NCBI GenBank assembly: GCA_963778655.1
Contig: CAVZVA010000009.1
Location: 416,001 to 480,000, forward strand
Reading direction: 5' to 3'
Origin: an uncultured delta proteobacterium
Lineage (GTDB): Bacteria > Myxococcota_A > Polyangia > Polyangiales > JAFGIB01
DNA length: 64,000 bases
The notes below the pieces were generated by a model. The model did no database searches. It saw only the letters and a list, made by a program, of their open reading frames with translations, and had not been told where the DNA came from. Below are positions 40,088 through 50,028 of this stretch, in pieces (the stretch's first letter is position 1; each line of letters begins with the position of its first letter). Position numbers and translations under genes: made by a program.

Positions 40088-41280
40088 AGCGGCAGCTCGC
40101 TATATTTGGCGGTGCCCCAGCATTCGACGCACCGTTGCATGTGGGGCGCCCCAACATCGGCGATCGGGCACGACTGCTGGCTCGCCTCAATGACATGCTC
40201 GACCGCCGCTGGTTCACCAACAGCGGCCCGCTGGTGCGGGAGCTCGAGCAGCGCCTCGCGGCCTACCTCGGGGTCCGCCACTGCATTGCGATGTGCAACG
40301 CCACGGTAGCGCTCGAGATCGCCACCCGGGCCCTCGGATTCGAAGGCGAGGTGATCGTCCCGTCGTTCACCTTCATTGCGACCGCGCACGCGCTGCAGTG
40401 GCAAGAGATTCGTCCGGTGTTTTGTGACGTAGATCCTCGCACCCACAACCTCGACCCGGCCCGCGTCGAAGAGCTGATCACGCCGAAGACGAGCGGCATC
40501 GTCGGCGTGCATGTCTGGGGCCGGCCGTGCGCCGTGGACGAGCTGAGCGCGATCGCGGCGCGCCACGGAATCGGTCTGATATTCGACGCCGCCCACGCGT
40601 TTGCCTGCTCCGACGCCAAAGGGCGTATGGTCGGCTCGTTTGGGCAGTGCGAGGTCTTCAGCTTTCACGCGACCAAGTTCTTCAACACCTTCGAAGGCGG
40701 CGCCGTTGCGACCAACGACGACGAGCTCGCGGCAAAGGTCCGCTTGATGAAGAACTTCGGTTTCGCCGGTAAGGACCGTGTCATCTACATCGGCACCAAC
40801 GGCAAGATGCACGAGGCTTCGGCGGCCATGGGGCTCACCGGGCTCGACGCGCTCGATGAGTTCATCGAGACAAACCGTGCGAACTACCGCGGCTACCGAG
40901 CGGGCTTGTCCGGCTTGCCGGGCATCACCATGGTCGAGCTGGAAGCAGGCGGACGCAACAACTACCAGTATGTCGTCCTCGAGGTCGATGCGGACACGGC
41001 CGGGCTCAGGCGCGACCATCTGGTGCGGGTCCTGGAGGCGGAGCGCGTGTTGGCGCGCCGCTACTTCTATCCGGGGGCACACGAGATGGAGCCCTATCGA
41101 TCGCTGCAGCCCAAGTGCAACTTGTGGCTGCCGCAGACCGCACGCTTGTGTGAGCGCGTGATGACCCTGCCGACCGGTACGGCTGTATCTGCGGCGCAGA
41201 TCTCGCAGATCTGCGAGATCGTCGCGAACGCGATAGCCGAAGCTCCGCGCGTGCGGCAAACGCTCGATCAGCCATCTTGA
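40084..41280 (+). CDS. NDP-4-keto-6-deoxysugar aminotransferase (DesI/VioA-like)
   Basis: LHVGRPNIGD, PSFTFIATAH, FDAAHAF, FSFHATK, NGKM, RRYFYP. Confidence 0.9.
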   Translation: MKRQLAIFGGAPAFDAPLHVGRPNIGDRARLLARLNDMLDRRWFTNSGPLVRELEQRLAAYLGVRHCIAMCNATVALEIATRALGFEGEVIVPSFTFIATAHALQWQEIRPVFCDVDPRTHNLDPARVEELITPKTSGIVGVHVWGRPCAVDELSAIAARHGIGLIFDAAHAFACSDAKGRMVGSFGQCEVFSFHATKFFNTFEGGAVATNDDELAAKVRLMKNFGFAGKDRVIYIGTNGKMHEASAAMGLTGLDALDEFIETNRANYRGYRAGLSGLPGITMVELEAGGRNNYQYVVLEVDADTAGLRRDHLVRVLEAERVLARRYFYPGAHEMEPYRSLQPKCNLWLPQTARLCERVMTLPTGTAVSAAQISQICEIVANAIAEAPRVRQTLDQPS

Positions 41281-41284
41281 CTCG

Positions 41285-42286
41285 ATGGGCGTGCCGGTCG
41301 TCAGCGTTCTGGTGGTGACGTACAAGCACGAGCGCTATATCGCGCAGGCGCTGGACAGCGCGCTCGCGCAGCGTGTGCGCTTCGACTACGAGATCGTGGT
41401 CGGCGACGACTGCTCTCCGGATCGCACGGGGGAGATCGTGCGGCAGTACGCGAATCGGTATCCCGACAGGATTCGCGCGCTGCCACGAGCGCAGAACCTC
41501 GGAGGTCGCAAGAACTGGCTCGATCTATATCAGAATTGCCGGGGCAAATACGTGGCCTATCTTGAAGGGGATGATTACTGGACCTCGCCGGACAAGTTGC
41601 AACGGCAAGTGGACTTGCTGGAGTCGCGACCGGAGCTGGCGATGTGCTTTCATCCATCGGAGGTCCTCTTCGAGGAAGACGGCACGCGCGCTGTTCATGG
41701 GCCGGAGACCCACAAGAACACGTACACACTGGCGGATCTGGCGCGACGGAACTTCATCGCCACCGCCTCCGTGCTGGTGCGCAATGGTCTGTTGCTGCCG
41801 TTTCCACCGCTGCTATGGCTGTCACCGGTCGGCGACTGGGTGCTGCACGTGGTCCACGCAACCCAGGGGGACATCGGGTTCCTCGAAGAGGTCATGGCCG
41901 TCTATCGTGTGCACCCCGGTGGCGTGTATTACGCACGCCGCAAGGACCCGGTCGCGGACCTGTCCAATCACGCCCAGGTGCGCGAGCTGGTCGCCGAGTA
42001 CCTCGGTGCTCCGCGGCGTGCCGACTACGATCGCGAGCGGCTGGCGGGCGAGGTGCTGCTCGCGCGCGAGCTCCTCAACCGCGGTGAGCACGCTCGTGCG
42101 AGCGCGACGCTCGAGCGAGCGTGGGCGAGTCGAGGGCTTCTTCCTCGCAGGATGCTGGCTCGTGCCATGCTCTTGCGCGCCCGCGCGGCCTCGCCGCGCT
42201 TCAACCGCGGCTATCGGAAGCTCCGTGTCGCGGCCGCGGCGACGCGCGCACGCCTCAGCAGGCGCGTGAAGGCCGCAGGGCGTTGA
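41285..42286 (+). CDS. Glycosyltransferase family 2
   Basis: VSVLVVTY, IVVGDDCSPD, LEGDDYW...KLQ, GDW, MAVYRVH. Confidence 0.92.
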   Translation: MGVPVVSVLVVTYKHERYIAQALDSALAQRVRFDYEIVVGDDCSPDRTGEIVRQYANRYPDRIRALPRAQNLGGRKNWLDLYQNCRGKYVAYLEGDDYWTSPDKLQRQVDLLESRPELAMCFHPSEVLFEEDGTRAVHGPETHKNTYTLADLARRNFIATASVLVRNGLLLPFPPLLWLSPVGDWVLHVVHATQGDIGFLEEVMAVYRVHPGGVYYARRKDPVADLSNHAQVRELVAEYLGAPRRADYDRERLAGEVLLARELLNRGEHARASATLERAWASRGLLPRRMLARAMLLRARAASPRFNRGYRKLRVAAAATRARLSRRVKAAGR

Positions 42287-42310
42287 CGCGCGACTCCCAC
42301 CGGTGCCGGA

Positions 42311-43334
42311 TCACGCCGGACCCGGATCGCGTAAGGCTTGCCAGGCGAGCTGGGCCGCGCGCACATAGCCTCGCCGCCGGGAATCGACCTCGGCGCGCCG
42401 GTCGGCAGCGAGCCCTGCGGCCGCTCGCCAGAGCAGCCGACGATAGGCGCTGCCGGCGAGCACGCAGGCGGCGGCGACGCGTGCTTCGCGCGGGCTTGCG
42501 AAGCGCCGATAGTAGCCTAGGGTAGCCGCGGTGTAGTCGCCGATCCAGCGTGCGTAATCCTTGCGTGCGGAGGCGCCCAGGTGATGCAGCGCTTCGGCGG
42601 CGGGCTCGTAGCAGCACGCGTAGCCGGCGCGCACGGCCCGTGCGCGAAAATTCGAGGTCTTCCCCATACATGAAGGCGTGCTCGGGCAGTCCGCCAATGC
42701 GTTCGTAGACTTCGCGCCGGAACATCAGGGCGGCGCCCGTGAGCCAGTCGACCCTGCGGCGCTGCCCGTAGCGGGCGCGCATGGCGCGGGAGACGCTACG
42801 CCCGACCGGGAAATCGAGCGGGACGAGCTTGAAGAGGTAGCTCTGGAACAACGCTTCCTGTGCGATCGAAGGGAACGCGCCGCACGAGGGCTGGCGTGTA
42901 CCGTCCGGGTTGAAGAGCGCGGGCCCGCACAGGCCGAGGTCCGGCTGCGACGCCAGCGCATGGACGAGACCCGAGAGGCAGCCCGGTCGGAGGGCGGCGT
43001 CGGAATTGAGCAAGAACAGAAAGTCCCCGCGCGCGCGCGCCAGCGCTTGGTTGTTGGCCCGCGCGAAGCCGGTGTTCTCGGAGTTTGCGATCAGATGCGC
43101 CTCGGGGAAAGCCTGCCCGACGAGCTGCGCGCTGCCGTCGGTCGATGCATTGTCGACCACCCAGACGTCTTTCTCGCCGGGATACGGATCGCCGTACACC
43201 GAGATCAGGCATTCGCGGAGCAGCTCGCGGGTGTTGAACGAGACGACGATGATCGAGACCGTTTTGTCACGCGCACCCTCGCCATGGGAGACCGGTACGG
43301 TCATGGTTGGCTCGGCCGCTGCCGGCCGGAACAC
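42311..43334 (-). pseudogene. Glycosyltransferase family 2 (WbbL-like) with a +1 frameshift near 42648
   Basis: VVDNASTDGS, GFARANN, LNSD, DWLTGA, FMYGEDLEF; continuation ARAVRAGY...HHLGAS lies in another frame ending at 42311. Confidence 0.82.
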
Positions 43335-43383
43335 TGCCCTCCAAGAATAGTCCAGCGCGGCTCAACCTTCCACGCCCGGCCCG

Positions 43384-43779
43384 TCACTCCTGCGCGGTCA
43401 TCACGTCGGCGGCGATCCGATAGAGCACGCGAACCTCGCCGGGCCGGCGAAATGGGTACTTGTCCTTGCCCAGGTATTTCTTGGCCATGCGGTCGATGTG
43501 GGCGTCGGCTCCATCCTTGGTGATCGTGGTCACGTGGCCGCGGATCAACACCGCGTCGTACGCGTTGTCCGGGTCCGTCACCGAGAGCGCCACCCGCGGA
43601 TCGCGTCGCATGTTTTGGTCCTTGACCCGGCCCTCGGCCGAGTTGATCAAGATCGTGTCGCCGTCCACGTCGACCCAGACCGGGCTCGACTGGGGGCTGC
43701 CGTCTGGCATCAGCGTGGCCAGATGTGCGAACGCCTGCTTACCGAGGATCTGCTTGATGTGGTCGGGGAGCTTGCCCAT
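43384..43779 (-). CDS. PPOX-class (split barrel) putative F420/flavin-dependent oxidoreductase
   Basis: AHLATLMPDGSPQSSPVW, GRVKDQNMRRDPRVAL, KYLG; AGGAG RBS. Confidence 0.88.
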   Translation of the reverse strand: MGKLPDHIKQILGKQAFAHLATLMPDGSPQSSPVWVDVDGDTILINSAEGRVKDQNMRRDPRVALSVTDPDNAYDAVLIRGHVTTITKDGADAHIDRMAKKYLGKDKYPFRRPGEVRVLYRIAADVMTAQE

Positions 43780-43989
43780 GTCGTGCTCCTGAGCGAGGAC
43801 GCCGGCGGCGCCTTGGTTCGTCTGAAGAGATCTGGGGACATAATCGGAGGGCGCAAGGGGGAAGACGGGCCTTCGCGCGCGCGAGCAGTGCGGATGATAC
43901 GCCGAAGTCGTGGCCGCGGCGGCCGCGCGGGAGGATGCTTTGAGTCCCGCGCGGAGGGAGTCGGCGCGACCCCCTGACAATCAAAGGAG

Positions 43990-44033
43990 AAATCAGAGTT
44001 TGTGATTCGATTCCGAATCGCGAGATCTGATTT
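43990..44033 (+). promoter_or_regulatory. AT-rich 20-bp hairpin in a divergent intergenic region
   Basis: AAATCAGAGTTTGTGATTCG-ATTC-CGAATCGCGAGATCTGATTT. Confidence 0.55.
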
Positions 44034-44086
44034 AGTAGCGCGGGAGCGGCTCGCGCGTGTGCGGGCTGCGACACTTGGAGGCTGGC

Positions 44087-45013
44087 ATGTTTCCCGAGAT
44101 CCCCTATCCGGCGTGGCGCGAGACGTGTGAGGCCCTGCACCTGTACGCGCAGGTCGTAGGCAAGTACAGGCTCGCGCGGACGCCCTGGGTCAATCACTCC
44201 TGGCACGCGACCCTCTACGTGAACGGGCGCGGGCTGACCACCTCGCTGGTTCCCGACGGGCCGGGCGGCATCGAGATCGCCTTTGACTTGCTCGACCACG
44301 CTGTGGTGGGCACGGCCAGCGACGGGCGCAGAGCTGGCTTTCCGCTGCGCCCGATGTCGGTGGCCGCGTTTCAAGCCCAGTCGCGCGCGCTGGTCGCTGA
44401 GCTCGGCGGCACGCCCCACTTTCACGGCCGGCCGAACGAGGTGCCGGGCGCGCTCGCCTTCGCCGACGACGTGGAAGCGCGGCCCTACGATGCCGCCGCC
44501 GTCACGCGCTTCTTTCACGCGCTGGTGGCGGTTCACCGCGTGCTGGAGCGCTTTCGGACCTCGTTCGTCGGCAAGGTGAGCCCCACGCACCTGTTCTGGG
44601 GCAGCTTCGATCTCGCGGTTACGCGCTTCTCGGGGCGCCGCGCGCCGCTGCACCCGGGTGGCGTTCCCGGCTTGCCCGACGATGTCACGCGCGAGGCGTA
44701 CAGCCATGAGGTGTCCTCCGCCGGCTTCTGGCCCGGGGGTGCAGGCGTCGACGAGCCCTCCTTCTACTCCTATGCGTACCCGGCACCCGAGGGCTTCGCC
44801 AAGGCAGCGGTCGCGCCGCAGCAGGCGCGCTTCGACGACAAGCTCGGGGAATTCATCCTGCCCTACGCAGCGGTGCGCCGCGCGCGCGATCCGGAAGCCA
44901 CGCTGTTGTCGTTTCTCGATGCCACCTACCGCGCCGCCGCCGATCTCGGCGGCTGGGATCGGGCGGCGCTCGATTGCATGGTCGGCGAGCCGCTGCGGCC
45001 GCGACCACTCTGA
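44087..45013 (+). CDS. DUF5996 family protein
   Basis: LHLYAQVVGK, NHSWH, FWGSFDLAVTRFSGR, EAYSHEVSSAGFWPG, FYSYAYP; GGAGG RBS. Confidence 0.85.
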   Translation: MFPEIPYPAWRETCEALHLYAQVVGKYRLARTPWVNHSWHATLYVNGRGLTTSLVPDGPGGIEIAFDLLDHAVVGTASDGRRAGFPLRPMSVAAFQAQSRALVAELGGTPHFHGRPNEVPGALAFADDVEARPYDAAAVTRFFHALVAVHRVLERFRTSFVGKVSPTHLFWGSFDLAVTRFSGRRAPLHPGGVPGLPDDVTREAYSHEVSSAGFWPGGAGVDEPSFYSYAYPAPEGFAKAAVAPQQARFDDKLGEFILPYAAVRRARDPEATLLSFLDATYRAAADLGGWDRAALDCMVGEPLRPRPL

Positions 45014-45106
45014 GCTGTTCCGCGCGCGGCTCGAGAGCGTGCGACGATGCCGGCGGTTTGTGCCTGCGTGGGGCGGAAGCGCATCTCACGAATCGCGAGC
45101 TCTGCT

Positions 45107-47104
45107 TTAGGGCACGGCTTCGTCGCTCGCCGCCAGCTCCAGCAGGAGCTGGCGGGCCTTGACCTGATCGCCGCGGCGGACGTGCACCGCCGCGACCACG
45201 CCGTCGGTGTCCGCCGGTACCCGCAACTCGAGCTTCATCGCCTCCACCACCGCGAGCGTTTGTCCGCGCAGCACCCGATCGCCGACGGCGACCGCCACCT
45301 CGAGCACCGAGCCGTCCATCGGCGCGAGCGCCCGCCCGTTGCCGGGCGCGTGGCTGGCGGCCGGCGGCGCATGGGTGAGATCGCGGAACGCGCGCGCGCC
45401 CCGCGCGGCGTGGAGCCACAGCACGTCGCCGTCCCAGGCGTGATCGAAACGCTGGCGCAGCCCCTCGATCCGCGCGACCAGCCAGGTGTCGGTGGCGTCC
45501 AGCAGCTGCGCGGCGACGCGCGATGCGCCTGCGTGGATCGTCAGCGCGCCCGCTTCGCCGCCCGGCTCGATGCTCAGCGCGAAGCAACGCTCGTCGTGCT
45601 CCAGCAGCAGCGGCCAGCCGAGCCCGACGCAGTTGCTGTGCCCTGCCAGCTCCGCGGGGTAGGGAGCCCGGGCTTGCGCGTGCGCCACGAAGGCGAGCGC
45701 GGCGGCCGCCAGCTCCGGGAGGTCCGGCTCCTGGGCGCCCGCGGGCGCTGGCTGCGCGTCGAGAAAATCGGTCGTCAGCTCGGCGGCGACGAAGCCCGGG
45801 TGCTCCAGCAGCGTGCGCAGAAACGCCTGGTTGGTCTGCACGCCCAGCACCCGCAACGCGCCCAGCGCCGCGCCCAGCCGCCGCCGCGCCTGCTCGCGGT
45901 CCGTGCCCCACGCGATCAGCTTGGCCAGCAGCGGGTCGTAGTGCGAGCCCACCACCAGCCCCTCGCGCAGGGCGTGGTCGACGCGCAGCCCGTGGGCGTG
46001 CGGCACGCTCAATCCCAGCACTCGGCCGGTCGCAGGCACGAAATCCCGCTCTGGCACCTCCGCGTACAGCCTTGCCTCGATCGCGTGGCCGCGCAGCACG
46101 AGCTCGCGTTGGGTGAGCGGTAGCACCTGGCCTTCGGCGATCCGCAGCTGCTGCTCGACCAGGTCGAGCCCGGTGATCAGCTCGGTCACGGGGTGCTCGA
46201 CCTGCAAGCGCGTGTTCATCTCCAGGAAGTAGAACTCGCCGCTCGGCGCGAGCAGCAGCTCCACGGTGCCAGCGCCCAGGTAGGCCGAGCTGCGCGCGGC
46301 CAGCACCGCGATTTCGCCCATTCGCTCGCGCAGCGCCGCGTCCACGGCAGGCGAGGGCGCTTCCTCGATCACCTTCTGAAAGCGCCGCTGCACCGAGCAA
46401 TCGCGCTCGCCCAGGTGCACCACGTGGCCGTGCACGTCCGCGAGCACCTGCAGCTCGACGTGGCGCGCGCCTTCGATCGCGCGCTCGAGCAGCAGCCGGC
46501 CGTCGCCGAACGCGTGCTCGGCTTCCGAGCGCGCGCGGGCGATCGCTTCGGGCAGCTGCGCGGCCTCGCCGACGCGCCGCATGCCGCGCCCGCCGCCACC
46601 AGCCACGGCCTTGACCAGCAGCGGAAAGCCGATGCGTGCGGCCTGCGCCGCGAGCGCCTCATCGCTCTGGTCCTCGCCGTCGTAGCCCGGCACGCAGGGC
46701 ACGCCGGCGGCGCGCATTGCGATTCGGGCGCGGCGCTTGTCGCCCATCAGCTCGATCGTTTCGGGCCGGGGCCCGATGAAGACCAGCCCGGCCTGGGCGC
46801 AGGCACGCGCGAAGCCGGCGTTTTCGGACAGCAGCCCGTAGCCCGGGTGCACGGCATCGGCGCCCGCGCGGCGCGCCGCCTCGATCACCGCCGCCCCGTT
46901 CAAATAGGACGCGCGTACGTGCGCCGGTCCGATCGGCAGCGCGGCGTCGGCCGCGCGCACGTGCTCCGCTTCGGCGTCGGCTTCGCTGTACACAGCGGTC
47001 ACGCGGTAGCCGAGCGCGTGCGCGGTGCGCAGGATGCGCAGCGCGATCTCGCCGCGGTTCGCGATCAGCAGATTGCGCAAAGGTCGAACGGCCGCTGCGC
47101 TCAC
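45107..47104 (-). CDS. atuF: Acyl-CoA carboxylase biotin subunit (geranyl-CoA carboxylase alpha, AtuF-like)
   Basis: LIANRGEIA, HPGYG, GGGGRGMR, FLEMNTRLQVEH, EAMK biotin site; next to atuE/atuA-like genes. Confidence 0.85.
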   Translation of the reverse strand: MSAAAVRPLRNLLIANRGEIALRILRTAHALGYRVTAVYSEADAEAEHVRAADAALPIGPAHVRASYLNGAAVIEAARRAGADAVHPGYGLLSENAGFARACAQAGLVFIGPRPETIELMGDKRRARIAMRAAGVPCVPGYDGEDQSDEALAAQAARIGFPLLVKAVAGGGGRGMRRVGEAAQLPEAIARARSEAEHAFGDGRLLLERAIEGARHVELQVLADVHGHVVHLGERDCSVQRRFQKVIEEAPSPAVDAALRERMGEIAVLAARSSAYLGAGTVELLLAPSGEFYFLEMNTRLQVEHPVTELITGLDLVEQQLRIAEGQVLPLTQRELVLRGHAIEARLYAEVPERDFVPATGRVLGLSVPHAHGLRVDHALREGLVVGSHYDPLLAKLIAWGTDREQARRRLGAALGALRVLGVQTNQAFLRTLLEHPGFVAAELTTDFLDAQPAPAGAQEPDLPELAAAALAFVAHAQARAPYPAELAGHSNCVGLGWPLLLEHDERCFALSIEPGGEAGALTIHAGASRVAAQLLDATDTWLVARIEGLRQRFDHAWDGDVLWLHAARGARAFRDLTHAPPAASHAPGNGRALAPMDGSVLEVAVAVGDRVLRGQTLAVVEAMKLELRVPADTDGVVAAVHVRRGDQVKARQLLLELAASDEAVP

Positions 47105-47170
47105 CTCATGCTCCTCTCGGCAGCGTGTGACGCCGCCCGCGCGCCGCCGCCGCTACCCGTGCTGCAGGGC

Positions 47171-47995
47171 TCACGGCTCCGCCCACTTCGGCAAGCGTTT
47201 CTCCACGAATGCCTGCGTGCCTTCGCGGGCCTCGTCGCCGAGCGAGGCGTGCGCGAACACCTGCGCGGCTTCGTCCAGCACGCTCTGCGGATCGCGTCCG
47301 ACCGCGGAGAGCAGCAGGCGCTTGGTCGCGACGTTGGCGCGCGGCGCGCAGCGCCGGATCTGCCCGAGCAGCCGCGAGAGGGCGGCCTCGAGCGCGGCCG
47401 CGTCGGTGCAGGCTTCGTGCACCAGGCCGAGCCGCGCGGCCTCGGCGCCGTCGAAGCGCGCGCCGGTCAGCATCAACCGCCGCGCCTGGGTCAGGCCCAG
47501 GCGCTGCAACACGAACGGCGCGATCTGCGCTGGGATCAAGCCGAGCCCTGTCTCCGGCAGCCCGAAGCGCGCGCCGTGCACGGCCAGCGCCACGTCCGAC
47601 ACGCAGACCAGCCCGAAGCCCCCGCCCATCACCGCGCCCTCGATCAGCGCGATCACCGGCACCGGAACCGACGAGACCGCGGTCATCAGCTCGCCGAAGC
47701 GGCGATTGGCGCGCGCCGCCGCCTGCGCGGCATCCCCACCCGCCGGGGACGCCGGCCTGCTCCGTGCGTCCGCCAGCTGCTTGACGTCGGCGCCCGCGCA
47801 GAAGTTGCCGCCGGCGCCGCGCAGGACCAGGGCGCGCAACGCGTGCTCGTGCTGCACGGCGGCGAGCAGCGCCAACAGCTCGTCGATCATCGCCGGCGAA
47901 AGCGCATTGCGCCGCTCTGGCCGGTTGAGCGTGAGGTGGAGCACGCCGCGCTCCTCGCGCGCGATCAGGGTCTCGAAGGAGGTGGGAATCGTCAT
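47171..47995 (-). CDS. atuE: Enoyl-CoA hydratase (isohexenylglutaconyl-CoA hydratase, AtuE-like)
   Basis: NFCAGAD, GGGFGLVCVSD, LPETGLGLIPAQIAPFV. Confidence 0.82.
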   Translation of the reverse strand: MTIPTSFETLIAREERGVLHLTLNRPERRNALSPAMIDELLALLAAVQHEHALRALVLRGAGGNFCAGADVKQLADARSRPASPAGGDAAQAAARANRRFGELMTAVSSVPVPVIALIEGAVMGGGFGLVCVSDVALAVHGARFGLPETGLGLIPAQIAPFVLQRLGLTQARRLMLTGARFDGAEAARLGLVHEACTDAAALEAALSRLLGQIRRCAPRANVATKRLLLSAVGRDPQSVLDEAAQVFAHASLGDEAREGTQAFVEKRLPKWAEP

Positions 47996-49845
47996 CTCGT
48001 CTCTCCCGCCGCGTGCCGGCGCAGCTCGTGATAGATCGCTTCGGGCACCTCTACCTCGAAGGCCAGCAGCTGCTGCGCGTGGGCCTTGCCCTGTGGGTCG
48101 GCGCGCAGCGAGGCCACGCCCCCGCCACCCAAGCTGTTTTCGAGCAGGAAGTTCCATCCCTGGCAGCCGGGCAGGCTGAAGCGCGTGACGCGCCCGCTGT
48201 GCGGATCGAGCAGGTGTGCGAGGTGCCGCGCCACGGCGTCGGCGCTGAGCGCGGCGCCGATCAGCGGCACGAAGCGCGGCTCGCGCGCCAGGATGCCGAT
48301 GTTGCTGTGGTTGCCCTTGTCACCGCTGCGCCCGTGCGCGAGCGCGATCAACGGCACGCGAAACGAGCTCTCGACCACGGGATAGTCGGGCTCGTGCGCG
48401 ACCGGCGGCGGCTCGTCCTGGGCCGCCGGGAGCTCCGGGGTTGCGACTTGCCTGCGCTCGCCGTCCAGATCGAGCACAGCCGGCACGCGCGCCTTGTCGA
48501 CCAGGAAGGAGAACAACCGGATCACGGCCGCAGGCTGTGCGCCGCCGCCCACGGTCGAGGCGAAGCCGGGCGCCATGGCGGTGCCGGCCTGCGGAAGCTC
48601 GCGCACGAACAGCTTGAGCGCGTCGCGATCGGCGTGGCTGGCGGCGATGCGCACCACCACCTCGCGCGTGCCGAGCGCGCGCGCGTGCGGGCCGTAAGTC
48701 GACTCCGCGCCCAGCACGTCGATCTGGGTGGCGCGCAGTGGCCCGAAGCCGCGCGCGCGCAGCAGCCGCTCGATCTTGTCCACCAGCGCGCGCGCCACGC
48801 GCATGCCCTTGCGTGCCGCTTCTTCGCCCGCGAGCAGGATTCCAGCCGACACCTTGTAGCCGTCGGGGTAGGTGGCCGAGACTTTGTAGCGGGCAGGAGG
48901 CGGGCGGCCGCTGGCGCCGCTCACGCGCACGCGGTCGGGGCCGACCTGCTCCGCGCGCACCTGACTGAAGTCGCAGATCACGTCGGGCAGCACGTACGCG
49001 CGCGGATCGCCGATCTCGTAGACCAGCTGCTCGTAGACCACCGCCGGCGTGACCAATCCGCCTGTGTGCTCCGGTTTGGTGACCACGAAGCTGCCGTCGG
49101 CCGAGCACTCCGCGATCGGAAAGCCCATGTCCTCGTAGCCGGGCACCGACTCCCAATCGGTGAACAGGCCGCCGGTGGCCTGCGCCCCGCACTCGATGAT
49201 GTGACCGGCCAGGCTGCCCTGCGCCAGCCGATCGAAGTCGTCCCAGCGCCAGCCGAGCTCGTGCACCAGCGGGCCGAGCGCGAGCGCGCTATCGACCACG
49301 CGGCCGGTGATGACGATCTCGGCGCCGGCCGCCAGGGCGTCGGCGATCGGCTTGGCGCCGAAGTAGGCGTTGGCGCTCAGCAGCGCGGGCGGCAGCGGCG
49401 CGTCGCTGTACATCTCGCGTACCCCTTCGGCCGCGAGCTGTTGCTGCTGGGGCAGCAGGTCATCGCCCAGCACCACCGCGATCCGGGGCGAAAGGCCCTG
49501 CTCCGCGGCCAGCGCGCGCAGCGCTTCGCGACAAGCCAGCGGGTTGACCCCGCCGGCGTTGGTGACGATCCGCACGCCCTGCCCGAGCGCGTCCTTCAAG
49601 CAGTGGCGCATCACGCGGTTGACGAAGTCGGTGGCGTAGCCGCCGCCTTCGGCGCGCAGGCGCGCGGCGGCCATGATCGACATCGTGATCTCGGCCAGGT
49701 AGTCGAGCACCAGGTAGTCGAGCGCCCCACCGCGCAGCAGTTGCGGCGCAGCGGTCTCGGTGTCGCCCCAGAAGCCGGCGGCACAGCCGATGCGGAGCGC
49801 GCGATTGCCGGGGGGATGGCGTTTCAAAGCGGGTGTCGTCTCCAC
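47992..49845 (-). CDS. atuA: Acyclic terpene utilization AtuA family protein
   Basis: GFWGD, DYLAEITM, NAGGVNP, GHIIECGAQATGG, RSGDKG, DPQGK. Confidence 0.9.
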   Translation of the reverse strand: METTPALKRHPPGNRALRIGCAAGFWGDTETAAPQLLRGGALDYLVLDYLAEITMSIMAAARLRAEGGGYATDFVNRVMRHCLKDALGQGVRIVTNAGGVNPLACREALRALAAEQGLSPRIAVVLGDDLLPQQQQLAAEGVREMYSDAPLPPALLSANAYFGAKPIADALAAGAEIVITGRVVDSALALGPLVHELGWRWDDFDRLAQGSLAGHIIECGAQATGGLFTDWESVPGYEDMGFPIAECSADGSFVVTKPEHTGGLVTPAVVYEQLVYEIGDPRAYVLPDVICDFSQVRAEQVGPDRVRVSGASGRPPPARYKVSATYPDGYKVSAGILLAGEEAARKGMRVARALVDKIERLLRARGFGPLRATQIDVLGAESTYGPHARALGTREVVVRIAASHADRDALKLFVRELPQAGTAMAPGFASTVGGGAQPAAVIRLFSFLVDKARVPAVLDLDGERRQVATPELPAAQDEPPPVAHEPDYPVVESSFRVPLIALAHGRSGDKGNHSNIGILAREPRFVPLIGAALSADAVARHLAHLLDPHSGRVTRFSLPGCQGWNFLLENSLGGGGVASLRADPQGKAHAQQLLAFEVEVPEAIYHELRRHAAGETR

Positions 49846-49867
49846 AGCGGCTAGCGTGGCACAGGAT

Positions 49868-49920
49868 CACAGGAAGACGGCAAGGGGGGCTGTTGCTTCC
49901 CGTCTTCCCGCCTTCCTGTG
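49868..49920. repeat. REP-like palindromic repeat (both arms)
   Basis: CACAGGAAGACGGCAAG...CTTCCCGTCTTCCCGCCTTCCTGTG. Confidence 0.7.
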
Positions 49921-49966
49921 TCTTGGTTCCCGATCGGGCGCCCGAGCAAGGACGCGCGGGGGCTTG

Positions 49967-50015
49967 ACCGAGCACGCGCTTGGTAAGACCCTAACCTATC
50001 AAGCGAGCGCTTGGT
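49967..50015. promoter_or_regulatory. Tandem palindromic operators, consensus ACCAAGC-N4-GCTTGGT
   Basis: ACCGAGC-ACGC-GCTTGGT (49967-49984) and ATCAAGC-GAGC-GCTTGGT (49998-50015); first overlaps TTGACC. Confidence 0.7.
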
Positions 50016-50028
50016 TTGCGAGGCGGCG

